Of a stretch of DNA of 64,000 nucleotides, positions 31,605 through 41,751 are shown piece by piece (the stretch's first letter is position 1; each line of letters starts with the position of its first letter). The translations under genes were made by a program, and so were the position numbers. Under the pieces are notes generated by a model. It was not told where the DNA came from. It searched no databases and worked only from the letters and a program-made list of their open reading frames with translations. The stretch lies in the NCBI GenBank assembly GCA_963841565.1, contig CAWJCY010000007.1, forward strand, positions 89,526 to 153,525, given 5' to 3'. The DNA comes from an uncultured Nitrososphaerales archaeon. GTDB lineage: Archaea; Thermoproteota; Nitrososphaeria; Nitrososphaerales; Nitrososphaeraceae.

Positions 31605-32459
31605 ATGTCCACATTTCTGAAACGAGTAATGAGGAACAAGCTTGAAGAATCCGAGGTATCCAAACTTACATCTTCTTTTGATTCCATAGGTAGTATAGTG
31701 ATCTTGAGAATCCCTGAGACATTGGTTGATAAAAGGCATATGATAGGGGACGCAATTTTGGACAGTATCAAGTCAGCGAGGTCGGTCTATATGCAAAACT
31801 CTCCGATAACCGGTGATCACAGAACTAGGAAACTCGAGTTAATTGCAGGAGATGACAATCCGGTCACTTTCTACAAGGAATACGGCTGCCGCTTTAAGGT
31901 TGATGTAGAACAAACCTACTTTTCACCTAGACTTTCTACTGAAAGATTTAGGATTGCAAACCTTACCTCTGAAAATGAAGTCGTTACCAACATGTTCGCC
32001 GGTGTAGGAACATTTTCAGTAATCATCTGCAAGTATCGAAATGTAAAAAAGGTTTACAATATCGATATTAACCAAGCAGCTCACGAACTCTCAGTATTCA
32101 ATTCTCGGCTGAACAAAATGGAACAGAAAATCGAGAGCCTCTGTGGGGATGCAAAGGACATAGCAAACTCTAACATTAGTGGGAAGTCAAATAGAGTATT
32201 GATGCCTCTTCCCGAAAAGGCAAGATACTTTGTCAATGACGCAGTACACTGTTTGAAAGGAGAGGAGGGCATAATTCATTATTTTCTACATGTAAGAGCA
32301 GATTCCAAGAAAATGGCCTTGGAAACTGGCAGGTTTGAGACTGATGACGCCTTCAGTGAATATTCACACGACATAAAATTCTTGCATGTAGTAAGAGAGG
32401 TAGGGCCACGCTTTTACCAATTAGTTTCGGACGTCTTGATCGGAAAGGGGATATTATAG
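31605..32459 (+). CDS. Trm5/Taw2-family tRNA SAM-dependent transferase
   Basis: YKEYGCRFKVD, YFSPRLSTER, MFAGVGTF, RVLMPLP. Confidence 0.88.
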   Translation: MSTFLKRVMRNKLEESEVSKLTSSFDSIGSIVILRIPETLVDKRHMIGDAILDSIKSARSVYMQNSPITGDHRTRKLELIAGDDNPVTFYKEYGCRFKVDVEQTYFSPRLSTERFRIANLTSENEVVTNMFAGVGTFSVIICKYRNVKKVYNIDINQAAHELSVFNSRLNKMEQKIESLCGDAKDIANSNISGKSNRVLMPLPEKARYFVNDAVHCLKGEEGIIHYFLHVRADSKKMALETGRFETDDAFSEYSHDIKFLHVVREVGPRFYQLVSDVLIGKGIL

Positions 32460-32472
32460 TACTAGATATCTA

Positions 32473-32724
32473 CTACCTGTCAGTTTTTCCTTCTTCGGTA
32501 CTCTCCATTGAGACTGCGGTTGCCATCGTGTATCCCATCCAAGCTATAACGCCCACTATCGCTGCGACAAAACAGAGTAAAGTGAGCTTTAGCACGAGAA
32601 TGTCATAGCTTGACAAAAGCAAAAGGTAAGTGTAGAAACTAAATCCTATCAAAGAGATTAACAAGATAAGTACTCCTAATCGATGCGAAGTCGACGATTT
32701 TTTCATATCTATGACGTCGCTCAC
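32473..32724 (-). CDS. Small two-TM membrane protein
   Basis: Two hydrophobic helices ending AWMGYTMAT. Confidence 0.7.
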   Translation of the reverse strand: MSDVIDMKKSSTSHRLGVLILLISLIGFSFYTYLLLLSSYDILVLKLTLLCFVAAIVGVIAWMGYTMATAVSMESTEEGKTDR

Positions 32725-32752
32725 TCAGGGCTTAATTTACTTTTCATCAGAT

Positions 32753-33250
32753 TCAGTCCAATTCTAATGCCATGAGAAAGGCATCTTCTCCGTCACGATA
32801 ATATGATCTTAGTCTAGATTTTTTGAAAAAACCTAGTCTCTCATACATGTTTATGGCGCTCTCATTACTAACACGTACTTCAAGGTATATTTCGTCGCCT
32901 CTCCGGCTTATCACCCCGTTGATCCCCTCAAGCATTAATGCCTTTCCCACGCCTTTTCCTCTATGCTCTTCAAGTACCCCGACTGATACAACGTGTCCTT
33001 TCTTTACAAATCCAAGCTTCTTAAAGTTTGAAAAACCAAACTCGATCTTACACATGATATATCCAACCACACGTCTATTTAACTCAGCAACAACAAATGA
33101 TTCAGGTAATTCCTTCAGGATGGATTCAAAGAAATAATCCGAATAATGTTCTGGCAAGGTCGTTAGGTTTACACCAATCACCTCACTAAGGTCCTCGCTT
33201 TGACAGCGGCGAATAATGTAGTCCCCTACCTGCCGCAGAGCTGATTGCAA
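32753..33250 (-). CDS. rimI: N-terminal acetyltransferase (Ard1/RimI GNAT)
   Basis: LPEHY, GHVVSVGV..RGKGVG, LEVRVSN, YYRDGEDA. Confidence 0.92.
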   Translation of the reverse strand: MQSALRQVGDYIIRRCQSEDLSEVIGVNLTTLPEHYSDYFFESILKELPESFVVAELNRRVVGYIMCKIEFGFSNFKKLGFVKKGHVVSVGVLEEHRGKGVGKALMLEGINGVISRRGDEIYLEVRVSNESAINMYERLGFFKKSRLRSYYRDGEDAFLMALELD

Positions 33251-33458
33251 TTCGTTAATCTAATCGCTGCACAAATTATTTAACCTTATCAAACAGTGAG
33301 ATTCGAGAGATGAATTTAGACAGGCAAATCTCGAAGCTGGCAGATGGTAGTCCTCAATGCTCTTTACAACTAAACTGTGTTCTTTAAGGTACTCCCAATT
33401 GGCGGCACGAGAAGCAAAATCTATTACGCGTTCCTGCATGCAAATCTAGCTTCATTTT

Positions 33459-34130
33459 TCAAGTAGACTTGACGACCGAAACCTCTCTTCCAAGATGCAT
33501 AATGTTACTCATGATAATCGATACGATCAAACCGAAGAGAAAGCCGCCAATAGCGTCGGTAACATAGTGTTGAATTAGTAAAATTCTAGTTAGTGCAACA
33601 ATAAAAGGGAAGCCCCAGATTAGCCAACCAGTAGTCCTGGATTTCTTGTTCAGAGTATACCCGATTATGAACGCGAATGCAGTCGAAATCGCAACATGAT
33701 TGGATGGGTACGAATAATCTCTGGACAGAGGAGAAAGAGTGTCCCCTTCTATCACAAATCCCTTAGTGTTATTTGATAACATGAATGGAGACGGGTAAGC
33801 AGGGTTGTCCCTGGCCACAATTGGTTTGATATAGGTCAAAAGTATGACAGTCAACAGAATAGTGATTAGGAGAATGAGTCCCTGTCTTCTGGTTCTTCTG
33901 ATAATGCTAAGCACAATAGAGATTATGACTAGGGTCACTACATCTCCTAGCGACGTAACACCTATTGTCAACTTGGAAATCAAATCTGAATTTGGTTGAA
34001 TACCTGATACATAAAGACTGATTGCCAGATCCATTTCAGCGGTCACTTGTGTAGCCACCAATGTAGTCAGTATGACGAAAAGTACTATTACAATGACGAA
34101 TTGGGGAGATCTGAGTTTAGGCACCCACAT
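33459..34130 (-). CDS. PAP2-family membrane phosphatase
   Basis: KPIVAR, YPSNH, TRILLIQHYVTD; multi-TM. Confidence 0.85.
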   Translation of the reverse strand: MWVPKLRSPQFVIVIVLFVILTTLVATQVTAEMDLAISLYVSGIQPNSDLISKLTIGVTSLGDVVTLVIISIVLSIIRRTRRQGLILLITILLTVILLTYIKPIVARDNPAYPSPFMLSNNTKGFVIEGDTLSPLSRDYSYPSNHVAISTAFAFIIGYTLNKKSRTTGWLIWGFPFIVALTRILLIQHYVTDAIGGFLFGLIVSIIMSNIMHLGREVSVVKST

Positions 34131-34503
34131 GGGCCACAGGTGTGCTAAATGCAAAATATTACCTTGATGACGATAAAGATGTAAGACCAATCTATTTTTT
34201 TCTTTCGTAACTTGGCATTGGAAACGAGCTCGTAATCGGATATTAGATGATCTGCTCTAGTTCTCTACTCCATTTTGTATAAGATTAAATTAAAAGAAGG
34301 TTGTTGATTTCACTTTCAGTTCTTCAGCTCTCTGGGCCGTGTCTACTGAGATGAGTTGGCGACGAAAACTAATGGTGGTATCTATATACGTTCAAATTGG
34401 TTCGTAATCGTCTCAAATTCCTATATGCTTTTCATTTATTATATCTTATATGCAAAAATAAATTCGATTATAGATTGAGATATGTGTCCGTGTGTTGGAC
34501 CAT

Positions 34504-34932
34504 TTAATAAAGCCTAGAGCCCTCACGGATCTCCTGAGCAGATTCAGGATCTTTTGATGCATAATATTCTACCATACCCATCTTGAGTACTTTTAGAGAA
34601 AGTAGTGCGCACTTTATTCTTGCTGGCCCTAGGTTTACCAGACCGATATTTTCGAGGATATCGTCCTTACCTAATTCTTTAACGGATGTTAGCGGCTTGT
34701 TCATCACCATTTCGGTGAGCATTGATGCACTAGCCTGACTAATTGCACAACCTCTTCCCTCGAATTTGATGTCCTTGACAATGTTATCTTCAACTTTTAA
34801 ATGAATGTCAATTTCATCTCCGCAAAGTGGATTGCTATCATGGAAGCTTGCATCCGCGTCAGAAATCCTCCCCTTATTTCTAGGATTCCTATAATGATCA
34901 AGTATTATCTCCCTGTATATATCCTCGCTCAA
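34504..34932 (-). CDS. sufU: SufU/IscU-like Fe-S assembly protein
   Basis: ILDHYRNPRN, NPLCGD, GCAISQAS, RIKCALL. Confidence 0.92.
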   Translation of the reverse strand: MSEDIYREIILDHYRNPRNKGRISDADASFHDSNPLCGDEIDIHLKVEDNIVKDIKFEGRGCAISQASASMLTEMVMNKPLTSVKELGKDDILENIGLVNLGPARIKCALLSLKVLKMGMVEYYASKDPESAQEIREGSRLY

Positions 34933-36176
34933 AGTCCAAACAACCTCCGCGCACTTTGTAATGCGTCAATCAATATATTAACCTCATCTTTTGAGTTATA
35001 AACATAGAAGCTAACCCTTGATGTAGCAGAAACATCCAGTCTTTCCATAAGGACCTGAGCACAATGATGTCCTGACCTCATCGCGATGCCAAAATCGTTT
35101 AAGATAGTAGCCAGGTCATGAGGATGAATGTCACCCAAATTGAAAGAGATGACTGCACCTCTATCATTCATACCGTGTGGGCCATATATTGTGATGCCTT
35201 GAATCTCATTCATTCTCTCCAGGGCGTAATCAGTAATCTGCATCTCATGTTCTCGAATATTCTCAAACCCAAGCTCGTTTAGATAATCTATCGCCGCTCC
35301 AAAGCCTATGACGTCAGCAATGTTAGGAGTTCCTGCCTCAAATTTGTACGGTAGGTCATTAAATATTGTGTTCGTCTTATGGACTTCCTTAATCATATCT
35401 CCGCCTCCAATGAAAGGTGGCATCTCATCCAGAATTTCCCTTTTCGCATATAGGATCCCAACTCCAGTTGGACCTAGCATTTTGTGAGCAGAGAAAGCCA
35501 TAAAATCGCAGTCAAGATCTTGAACATCGACTTTCATATGAGGCACTGACTGGGCCGCATCGATCATGATTGGCACGTTCACTTCATGAGCAAGCTTCGT
35601 CATTTCCTTTACCGGCAAAATAGTACCTAAAACATTAGACATTTGGGAAATCGAAACCAATTTCAGTTTCGGATCATGAACTTTTTGTTTAAAATCCTCA
35701 ATGTCGATACGCCCATCATCTCCAACACCTAAATAATCCAAGGTTGCCCCCACTTCTCCAGTCACTAACTGCCACGGCACGATATTGCTGTGATGCTCGA
35801 TTTCAGTTATCAAGACCTTATTCCTTTTAGTCAGATGCTGGCGGGCCCAACACTTGGCTATTAAGTTTATTGACTCGGTCGCGTTTCTAGTAAAGACAAT
35901 TTCGTCAGGAGACCTTGCATTGACTAACTTGGCAACCTTCAGACGAACCTCTTCATACGCAAATGTTGCCTCCTCTGCCAATTGATGGACCGCTCGGTGA
36001 ATATTTGAATTATAATTCATGTAGTAATTGCTAATGGAGTCAATTACAGTTCTAGGCTTTTGCGTAGTAGCCGCGTTATCGAGATAGATTAGCTTATGGC
36101 CTCCCTTAATCCTTCTTTGAAGGATTGGAAAGTCCTGCCTTATCTTCTCAACATTTATGGTCGAACTCTGTAACAT
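34929..36176 (-). CDS. sufS: Cysteine desulfurase SufS
   Basis: YLDNAATTQKP, EHHSNIVPW, SAHKMLGPTG, RSGHHCAQ. Confidence 0.95.
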   Translation of the reverse strand: MLQSSTINVEKIRQDFPILQRRIKGGHKLIYLDNAATTQKPRTVIDSISNYYMNYNSNIHRAVHQLAEEATFAYEEVRLKVAKLVNARSPDEIVFTRNATESINLIAKCWARQHLTKRNKVLITEIEHHSNIVPWQLVTGEVGATLDYLGVGDDGRIDIEDFKQKVHDPKLKLVSISQMSNVLGTILPVKEMTKLAHEVNVPIMIDAAQSVPHMKVDVQDLDCDFMAFSAHKMLGPTGVGILYAKREILDEMPPFIGGGDMIKEVHKTNTIFNDLPYKFEAGTPNIADVIGFGAAIDYLNELGFENIREHEMQITDYALERMNEIQGITIYGPHGMNDRGAVISFNLGDIHPHDLATILNDFGIAMRSGHHCAQVLMERLDVSATSRVSFYVYNSKDEVNILIDALQSARRLFGL

Positions 36177-36472
36177 CTTACTACTTTTTCTCCTTCAGAG
36201 AGCGTCCTCAGATAAGCAATATCTCTTATGTCATATTTAAATGAGAGCACTCAGGCTCTACAGTATAAGGCTGTAATAAAATTGCGAATTTCCTACCCTA
36301 TTGTATTCATTACCGCTTTCAAATCAGACTCACCTCACCCGAGAAACAGGTCTTTTTTTGAAGCCATCTATGAGGCTCTACTCGGCAGGTTTAAATTGGA
36401 ATATCAAGGAATTTATAATTCAACGTGACAGTTGTCCTCTGGCGAGAACCTTGGCTCAAGCCGTTGACTGAT

Positions 36473-36670
36473 ATGGAAACAGGTACTGATATTTGTGCCG
36501 TCTGTAAAATAGGCTTTCAAATCATGGATTTTGTAACTTCTTGCGAATTCTGTTCCATAGGAGTTATCCATGATGGTTGCGCACGCGAACATATTCTTCG
36601 CGAACACAAATCATTGTTGGATAGAAAGGTATTGTTGCACAGGGATAAGAGACTGCATGACTATCAATAA
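36473..36670 (+). CDS. Small zinc-finger protein
   Basis: C-x2-C-x12-C-x2-C-x5-H-x2-C-x3-H-x4-H; could start at GTG 36425. Confidence 0.65.
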   Translation: METGTDICAVCKIGFQIMDFVTSCEFCSIGVIHDGCAREHILREHKSLLDRKVLLHRDKRLHDYQ

Positions 36671-36676
36671 GCCAGT

Positions 36677-37696
36677 TTAGTTGTTCGAATATTCTAGTTC
36701 GCACTCTTTGTACAACCAGCATTTTACATATCCCGTTTTAGTTTTGAATAGCGGAGGATCCTGTAAGCATAGGTCCATAGCGTGAGGACACCTTTCGTAA
36801 AATCTACATCCCTTCAATTCTGAGGCCAAGTCTGGAGGATTACCTTTGATAGAGTCTATCTTGCTGTAGGTGGAATGTATTTTGGGTATAGCCTTAATCA
36901 AAGCCTGAGTATATGGATGCCTTGGATTGACGAGCAGTTCCGATGATGAAGACAATTCTACTATTTGCCCAGCATACATTATCCCTATCTTGTCGGCGAT
37001 CTCAGAAATCAAAGAAATATCATGGGTTATCATTACAATGTTCATGTTTCTTTCAGCTTTGAGTTTCTTCAGCAAATTCATTATTTGCGCCTGCACAAGG
37101 ACATCTAAAGCAGTCGTAGGTTCGTCTGCAATGAGAATGAGGGGTTGTAGTAGGAGAGCCATGGCTATAACAACACGTTGCTTCATCCCTCCGCTTAACT
37201 CGTGAGGATATCTATTGGCAACCGATTTGTCAAGTCCAACGTCCGTAAGCGCCTGATATGTTAATTGTTCAAAATTACCTTTAATCTTGTGCTCTTGCAT
37301 GAGCTCACGCAACTGTTCGGAGATTCTGTAGACGGGATCTAAGCTGTTCATGGCACCTTGGAATACTACCGCAATTTTTTTCCATCTCATTTCACGATTA
37401 AAATAACTCTCCGATAGATTGAGCACATTTTTTCCATTAACGTATATTTTTCCTCTTACTATTCTACCAGGAGGATTTACTGAACGTATTATCGCGGCCC
37501 CTAAAGTACTCTTCCCCGAGGCTGACTCACCGACAATGCCAATCGACTCATTACCGCATATTTCAAATGAAATGTCATCGACAGCTTTAACCATACCTCG
37601 ATTAGTGAAATAGTAAACCTGAAGGGCTTCTACTTTTAATCTAGAATCTGCAAAGTTCAACGACGAGTCGTTTGATTTAGGCGCGCCTTGTGACAA
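36677..37696 (-). CDS. Oligopeptide/dipeptide ABC transporter ATP-binding subunit (DppD/OppD family)
   Basis: GESASGKS, YPHELSGGMKQR, DEPTTALD, HPYT, C-terminal CRFYERC. Confidence 0.92.
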   Translation of the reverse strand: MSQGAPKSNDSSLNFADSRLKVEALQVYYFTNRGMVKAVDDISFEICGNESIGIVGESASGKSTLGAAIIRSVNPPGRIVRGKIYVNGKNVLNLSESYFNREMRWKKIAVVFQGAMNSLDPVYRISEQLRELMQEHKIKGNFEQLTYQALTDVGLDKSVANRYPHELSGGMKQRVVIAMALLLQPLILIADEPTTALDVLVQAQIMNLLKKLKAERNMNIVMITHDISLISEIADKIGIMYAGQIVELSSSSELLVNPRHPYTQALIKAIPKIHSTYSKIDSIKGNPPDLASELKGCRFYERCPHAMDLCLQDPPLFKTKTGYVKCWLYKECELEYSNN

Positions 37697-38007
37697 TCAA
37701 TAGATACGAGGGGTAAGTGCCATATGAACCGTACAACCTTTTCTTAACCTCTTAACTCTGCCGAACGGCAAACCATGCCTTTTTCCATTTCACGAAGTAA
37801 CGTCGCTGTATCGTTGGGGCATGGACAAATCTTCATCAAGTCTAAACCATAGGTTCAAGGGTACGGGACATAACATTAAGGGATGGTTGATAAGTACGCG
37901 CCTTTAATAAACCAGTAAGCTGTAGACTGTACGCTCAAATGTACCGCATCAGAACTCAACATGCCAACAGGTTATATTACAGAAATGATAATTAACCAAA
38001 GTTTCTG

Positions 38008-38529
38008 TTGAAAACTCCTATTTGCTTGTTTGATGCAAAGACCGGTATCCTGTGTTCGAAGTGCGATTCAAAGCTAACTTCGGGTCAGCTTAACCAAGCA
38101 GCCGTGTACTCCTCTATCAAACTAGCGAAGTTGGGAGAGAAGGACCAAGAGATCAACAAATTTACATTAGTTGGTTCTCACAAGGTTGATGATGATTATA
38201 TTCTCTTCTTAAGAACTTCGGATATCATTACTATAAGAAGTAACCCATCTATTGTCAAAAAATTTGCAGGTGAATTCAATGCCAATATTTGGTTTGTAGA
38301 AGCTGAAGGGACTGATAGGAGATTTATGGAAAACCTCTTTTACCCTCAACGAATCTTGAATATGAATTTAATTTGGCTACCGGATGGTAATAAATTGACT
38401 AGGGTAATAGTAAGTCAAGAATCGGCTAATAGGTCAAGTTTCCCACTTGACGTGGAAAAAATCAGGAAGGTCGCCAGGGCGGTCAAGAAAATTGATCTCA
38501 TAGTAGAATTTGAAACTCATTCAAATTAA
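38008..38529 (+). CDS. NusA-like (KH/Zn) protein
   Basis: PICLFDAKTGILCSKC N-terminus, WLPDG; upstream of aspS. Confidence 0.7.
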   Translation: MKTPICLFDAKTGILCSKCDSKLTSGQLNQAAVYSSIKLAKLGEKDQEINKFTLVGSHKVDDDYILFLRTSDIITIRSNPSIVKKFAGEFNANIWFVEAEGTDRRFMENLFYPQRILNMNLIWLPDGNKLTRVIVSQESANRSSFPLDVEKIRKVARAVKKIDLIVEFETHSN

Positions 38530-38548
38530 GACAATTTGGGACTAACGC

Positions 38549-39938
38549 ATGTCAGAGAAGCTAAATATGACTAGATCTCATCTTGCAGACTGCATCACTA
38601 ACGATCTCGTAGACAGAGTTATCAGTGTAGCAGGATGGATTGAAGATATTCGAGACATTGGGAAACTAGGCTTTGTATCGATAAGAGACTTTACGGGTAT
38701 AATGCAGATTATTGTCGCTGGAGATCTATTGGGTCAAATAAGGATGATCCCCAGACAAAGCTGCGTTCTCATTGAGGGAAAAGTTCAGAGAAGTAAAGCC
38801 AAGAATGTTGATTTTGAGATTAAAGCGAACAAGATTTCCTTGTTATCAAAGGCTAATCATCCTCTTCCCATCGATCCAACAGGGCGTGTCGAATCCTCTA
38901 CAGATAAGAGAATTGATTCAAGAGCCTTGGACCTTAGAGACCCTCGGGTTTCAGCGATCTTTAGACTACGCTCTTCTGCGTTGCAAACGATACGAGATTT
39001 TCTTAGGTCAAAACGGTTCACTGAGGTAACTACACCTAAAATAATTGGAACTTCTACCGAGGGTGGAGCTGAATTTATTTCGATGCGATTATTTTGGTAA
39101 AAATGCCTATCTAGCACAGAGTCCGCAGTTGTATAAAGAGCAGTTGACAGTCGGTTTGGAGCGTGTATTTGAAATAGGTCCATATTTTAGAGCAGAGAAA
39201 TCTCATACTGTGAGGCATTTGGCCGAGTTTACGAGCGTAGACGTTGAAGCAGCATTTCTTGATTACACCGACGTTATGGCAATCGTTGCGGATCTTATTA
39301 AGAGAGTAATCCATGATCTAATGAAGCATTGTAACGCTGATCTAAAAATGACTTGGCAGAAAATTTCAGAGCCTCATGCTGAATCGAACAGGAATCGGGA
39401 CGAAGCGGTCCACAAGATGAAGGAGATGTTTGGCATTTCAAATGATACTGGATTAGAACCTCCGGAATTGAAAATTGAGCAGATAACCTACGAAAAGGCA
39501 CTTGATGAATTAAGGGGCCAGGGAGAATCTTTGTCCTTTGGCGACGATCTTTCTGATACATCGTTACGGAAACTTGGTGATTTGCACAAAGGGTTCTATT
39601 TCATCACGGATTGGCCGATGAGGCTGAAGCCTTTTTACATTCATGAAAAAGAAGGAAACCAGGAGCTGTCTTGTTCCTTCGATCTTCAGTTTGGCTACCT
39701 AGAACTTGTCTCCGGAGGCAGAAGACAGCATGACCCAGATAAGCTAAAGAATAAGATCATAGAACAAGGCTTAGACCCTTCAGGATTCGAAGATCATTTG
39801 AAGGCTTTCCAGTGGGGAATGCCCCCTCATTCGGGGTGGGGGTTGGGATTTGATCGACTCATGATGGTTCTCACAAACTCCCAAAACGTTCGCGATGTTG
39901 TCTTGTATCCTAGAGACGTGGATAGACTTAGGCCTTGA
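38549..39938 (+). CDS. aspS: Aspartyl-tRNA synthetase; +1 insertion near 39071
   Basis: OB-fold GWIEDIRDIG, EGGA/xLF, LAQSPQLYK, FRAE, GMPPHSGWGLGFDR. Confidence 0.95.
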
Positions 39939-39955
39939 AGGATAGAATTCTACGC

Positions 39956-40399
39956 TTATGATGCATTCTGCAAAGAGGAGGATTCCAGTTTGATTTGAAC
40001 AACCTTATCATCAAGGATATAAGCGGCGAAGCTGTGAGACAGCGTCGAATAAATTAGCCAGACCACAGGATTAATTTCCATATATCTTCTGTCCATTAAA
40101 GAAGGATATGCCTTTGAAGAATGTGAGTGAAATATACCAACCACCTCTGCGTTGCGAGAACTGATTTCTTGATACGCATTAATTAATTCATTTGAATCGA
40201 TTCTAAAGGAATAGATCGAATCATCGGCGTTCCGCATACGAATGATGGCAGCGACGTTGGCCTGTTCATCGTCCGATTTACCGCCGACAATCCTGAAGGT
40301 ACCTTCTAGAAGAGCACATGCTTCAGTAGGGTAGCACTCTTTTGCGATTCTTTCAAGTTCAAGAAGATGTTGCTGAGAGATAGAGATCGTAATTATCAA
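39956..40399 (-). CDS. JAMM/MPN+ metalloprotease
   Basis: YPTEACALL, GIFHSH, PSLMD. Confidence 0.88.
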   Translation of the reverse strand: MIITISISQQHLLELERIAKECYPTEACALLEGTFRIVGGKSDDEQANVAAIIRMRNADDSIYSFRIDSNELINAYQEISSRNAEVVGIFHSHSSKAYPSLMDRRYMEINPVVWLIYSTLSHSFAAYILDDKVVQIKLESSSLQNAS

Positions 40400-40490
40400 A
40401 ATGCATAAAGATCTAACAACAGGAGATAATCACTAACCGTCAAATCGGAAAAAATTTAACTCAAAATAATATGCCTGAGCTGCCAGCAAT

Positions 40491-41574
40491 CTAGTAGCCA
40501 ATAAGATCTAGTTTGTTAGCCAGGGTTGTCGAGGTGTAATCCAGGCCGATCAATGAGTTGCGAGAATATTGCACTAACGTGAGCTGTAAATCAGGGCTAG
40601 TGGCCGATACATTTGTAACAGGAGGTGAATTCAAGTTGGACTGGTTACCATTTTCAGTATTAGAGGAATTCAAGTTGGACTGATTACCATTTGTAGTAGC
40701 ATTGTCCCCCTCAAACACGAAGCTGGCCTTCATGAATGGGTGCAGTGTGCAGAAATAATCATAACTACTCTCACTTAGATCTGAGGTTTGAAGAAGAAAT
40801 GTATCTCCAGCCATTATTAATGAAGAGTCAAAAGTTTGACCTTCATCAACAGAACTTGTCACGGTGTGAGGTGTATTGTCATTATTTGTCCATTCAATTG
40901 AGTCGCCTTTCGATACGTTAAGAATAGCCGGGTCATAGGAAGGGTTGCCCTGAGCCGAGGCACCAGGCGGAATGCTAACGCTAACAACAGGTCCAGAACT
41001 CGATCCTGTAGCATTACTGGCATTACCAGAAGCCACAGACGCTGAACCTGATGCATTACCACTGGTTGAGGACGTATTCCCGCTTCCCGCCTGTCCTTGC
41101 ACAGCATCTTGTTCGGATGGTACCTTTGGAGAAACCAATCCAAAAACGTAAAAAGTTCCACCACCCACAACTGCTGGCAGCGATGAATATCACGCTTATA
41201 GCCTTCACATATGGACTCTCTTTATACGATGCCACTATTATTACGGTCGCAGGGATCGCAATTACCATCATCAATCCAATATAGGCAAAAATGCTAGGTA
41301 CAGTAGTACTTATAGTAACAGCTGTTGCAATGCCAAATGTGACCAGAAATCCCAACGTGATAAATGTGGCTGATTTGGCCCTAGGACTCCTTGGAAATCC
41401 ATCTTTAAATATTCCCGCGGAAAGGAAGATTAAACCAATAAAGAGTGTCAGCAAAGACACGGCATGCATTCCGTCGATAAACGTCTTGGCAATACCTGCA
41501 AGGGAAATTCCTACTCCTACTATTCCTATCGAAGTAAGGCCTATGCCTGGCGTAAGTAGGTCCCAATCGCTCAT
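40491..41574 (-). CDS. Multi-TM membrane protein with C-terminal plastocyanin-like cupredoxin domain; +1 insertion near 41175
   Basis: About 5 TM helices, S/G/N-rich linker, WTNND..PHTVTS, YFCTLHPFM type-1 Cu site. Confidence 0.88.
40627..40692. repeat. Intragenic direct repeat, 2 x 27 nt with 39-nt period, encoding NGNQSNLNS
   Basis: gaattcaagttggactgRttaccattt at 40627 and 40666. Confidence 0.85.
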
Positions 41575-41751
41575 ATCGTTATGTTGTTGGGAACAGACGC
41601 AGATAATTAATCTTTACTGGTGTTACCAATAGTCCAATTTCTAACATACCGAAGATGGGATGAAAGACGCTGTTTTGTAGGACCAGATTTGGGAGTAAAG
41701 AACACATTAGGCAATCCCATATGGAAACATTAATTCTTAGATATGTTGACC

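Noticed and set aside
36677-37696. Orphan peptide ABC ATPase without permeases
   Set aside because: Partners are probably encoded elsewhere; scattered ABC subunits are common
1-41574. Calling kae1, the aspartase/fumarase gene, vWA, MoxR, aspS and the cupredoxin gene pseudogenes
   Set aside because: Each is repaired by deleting 1-2 nt with no other decay, two are essential genes, and most breaks share the AGCT context, so sequencing artefact is more likely
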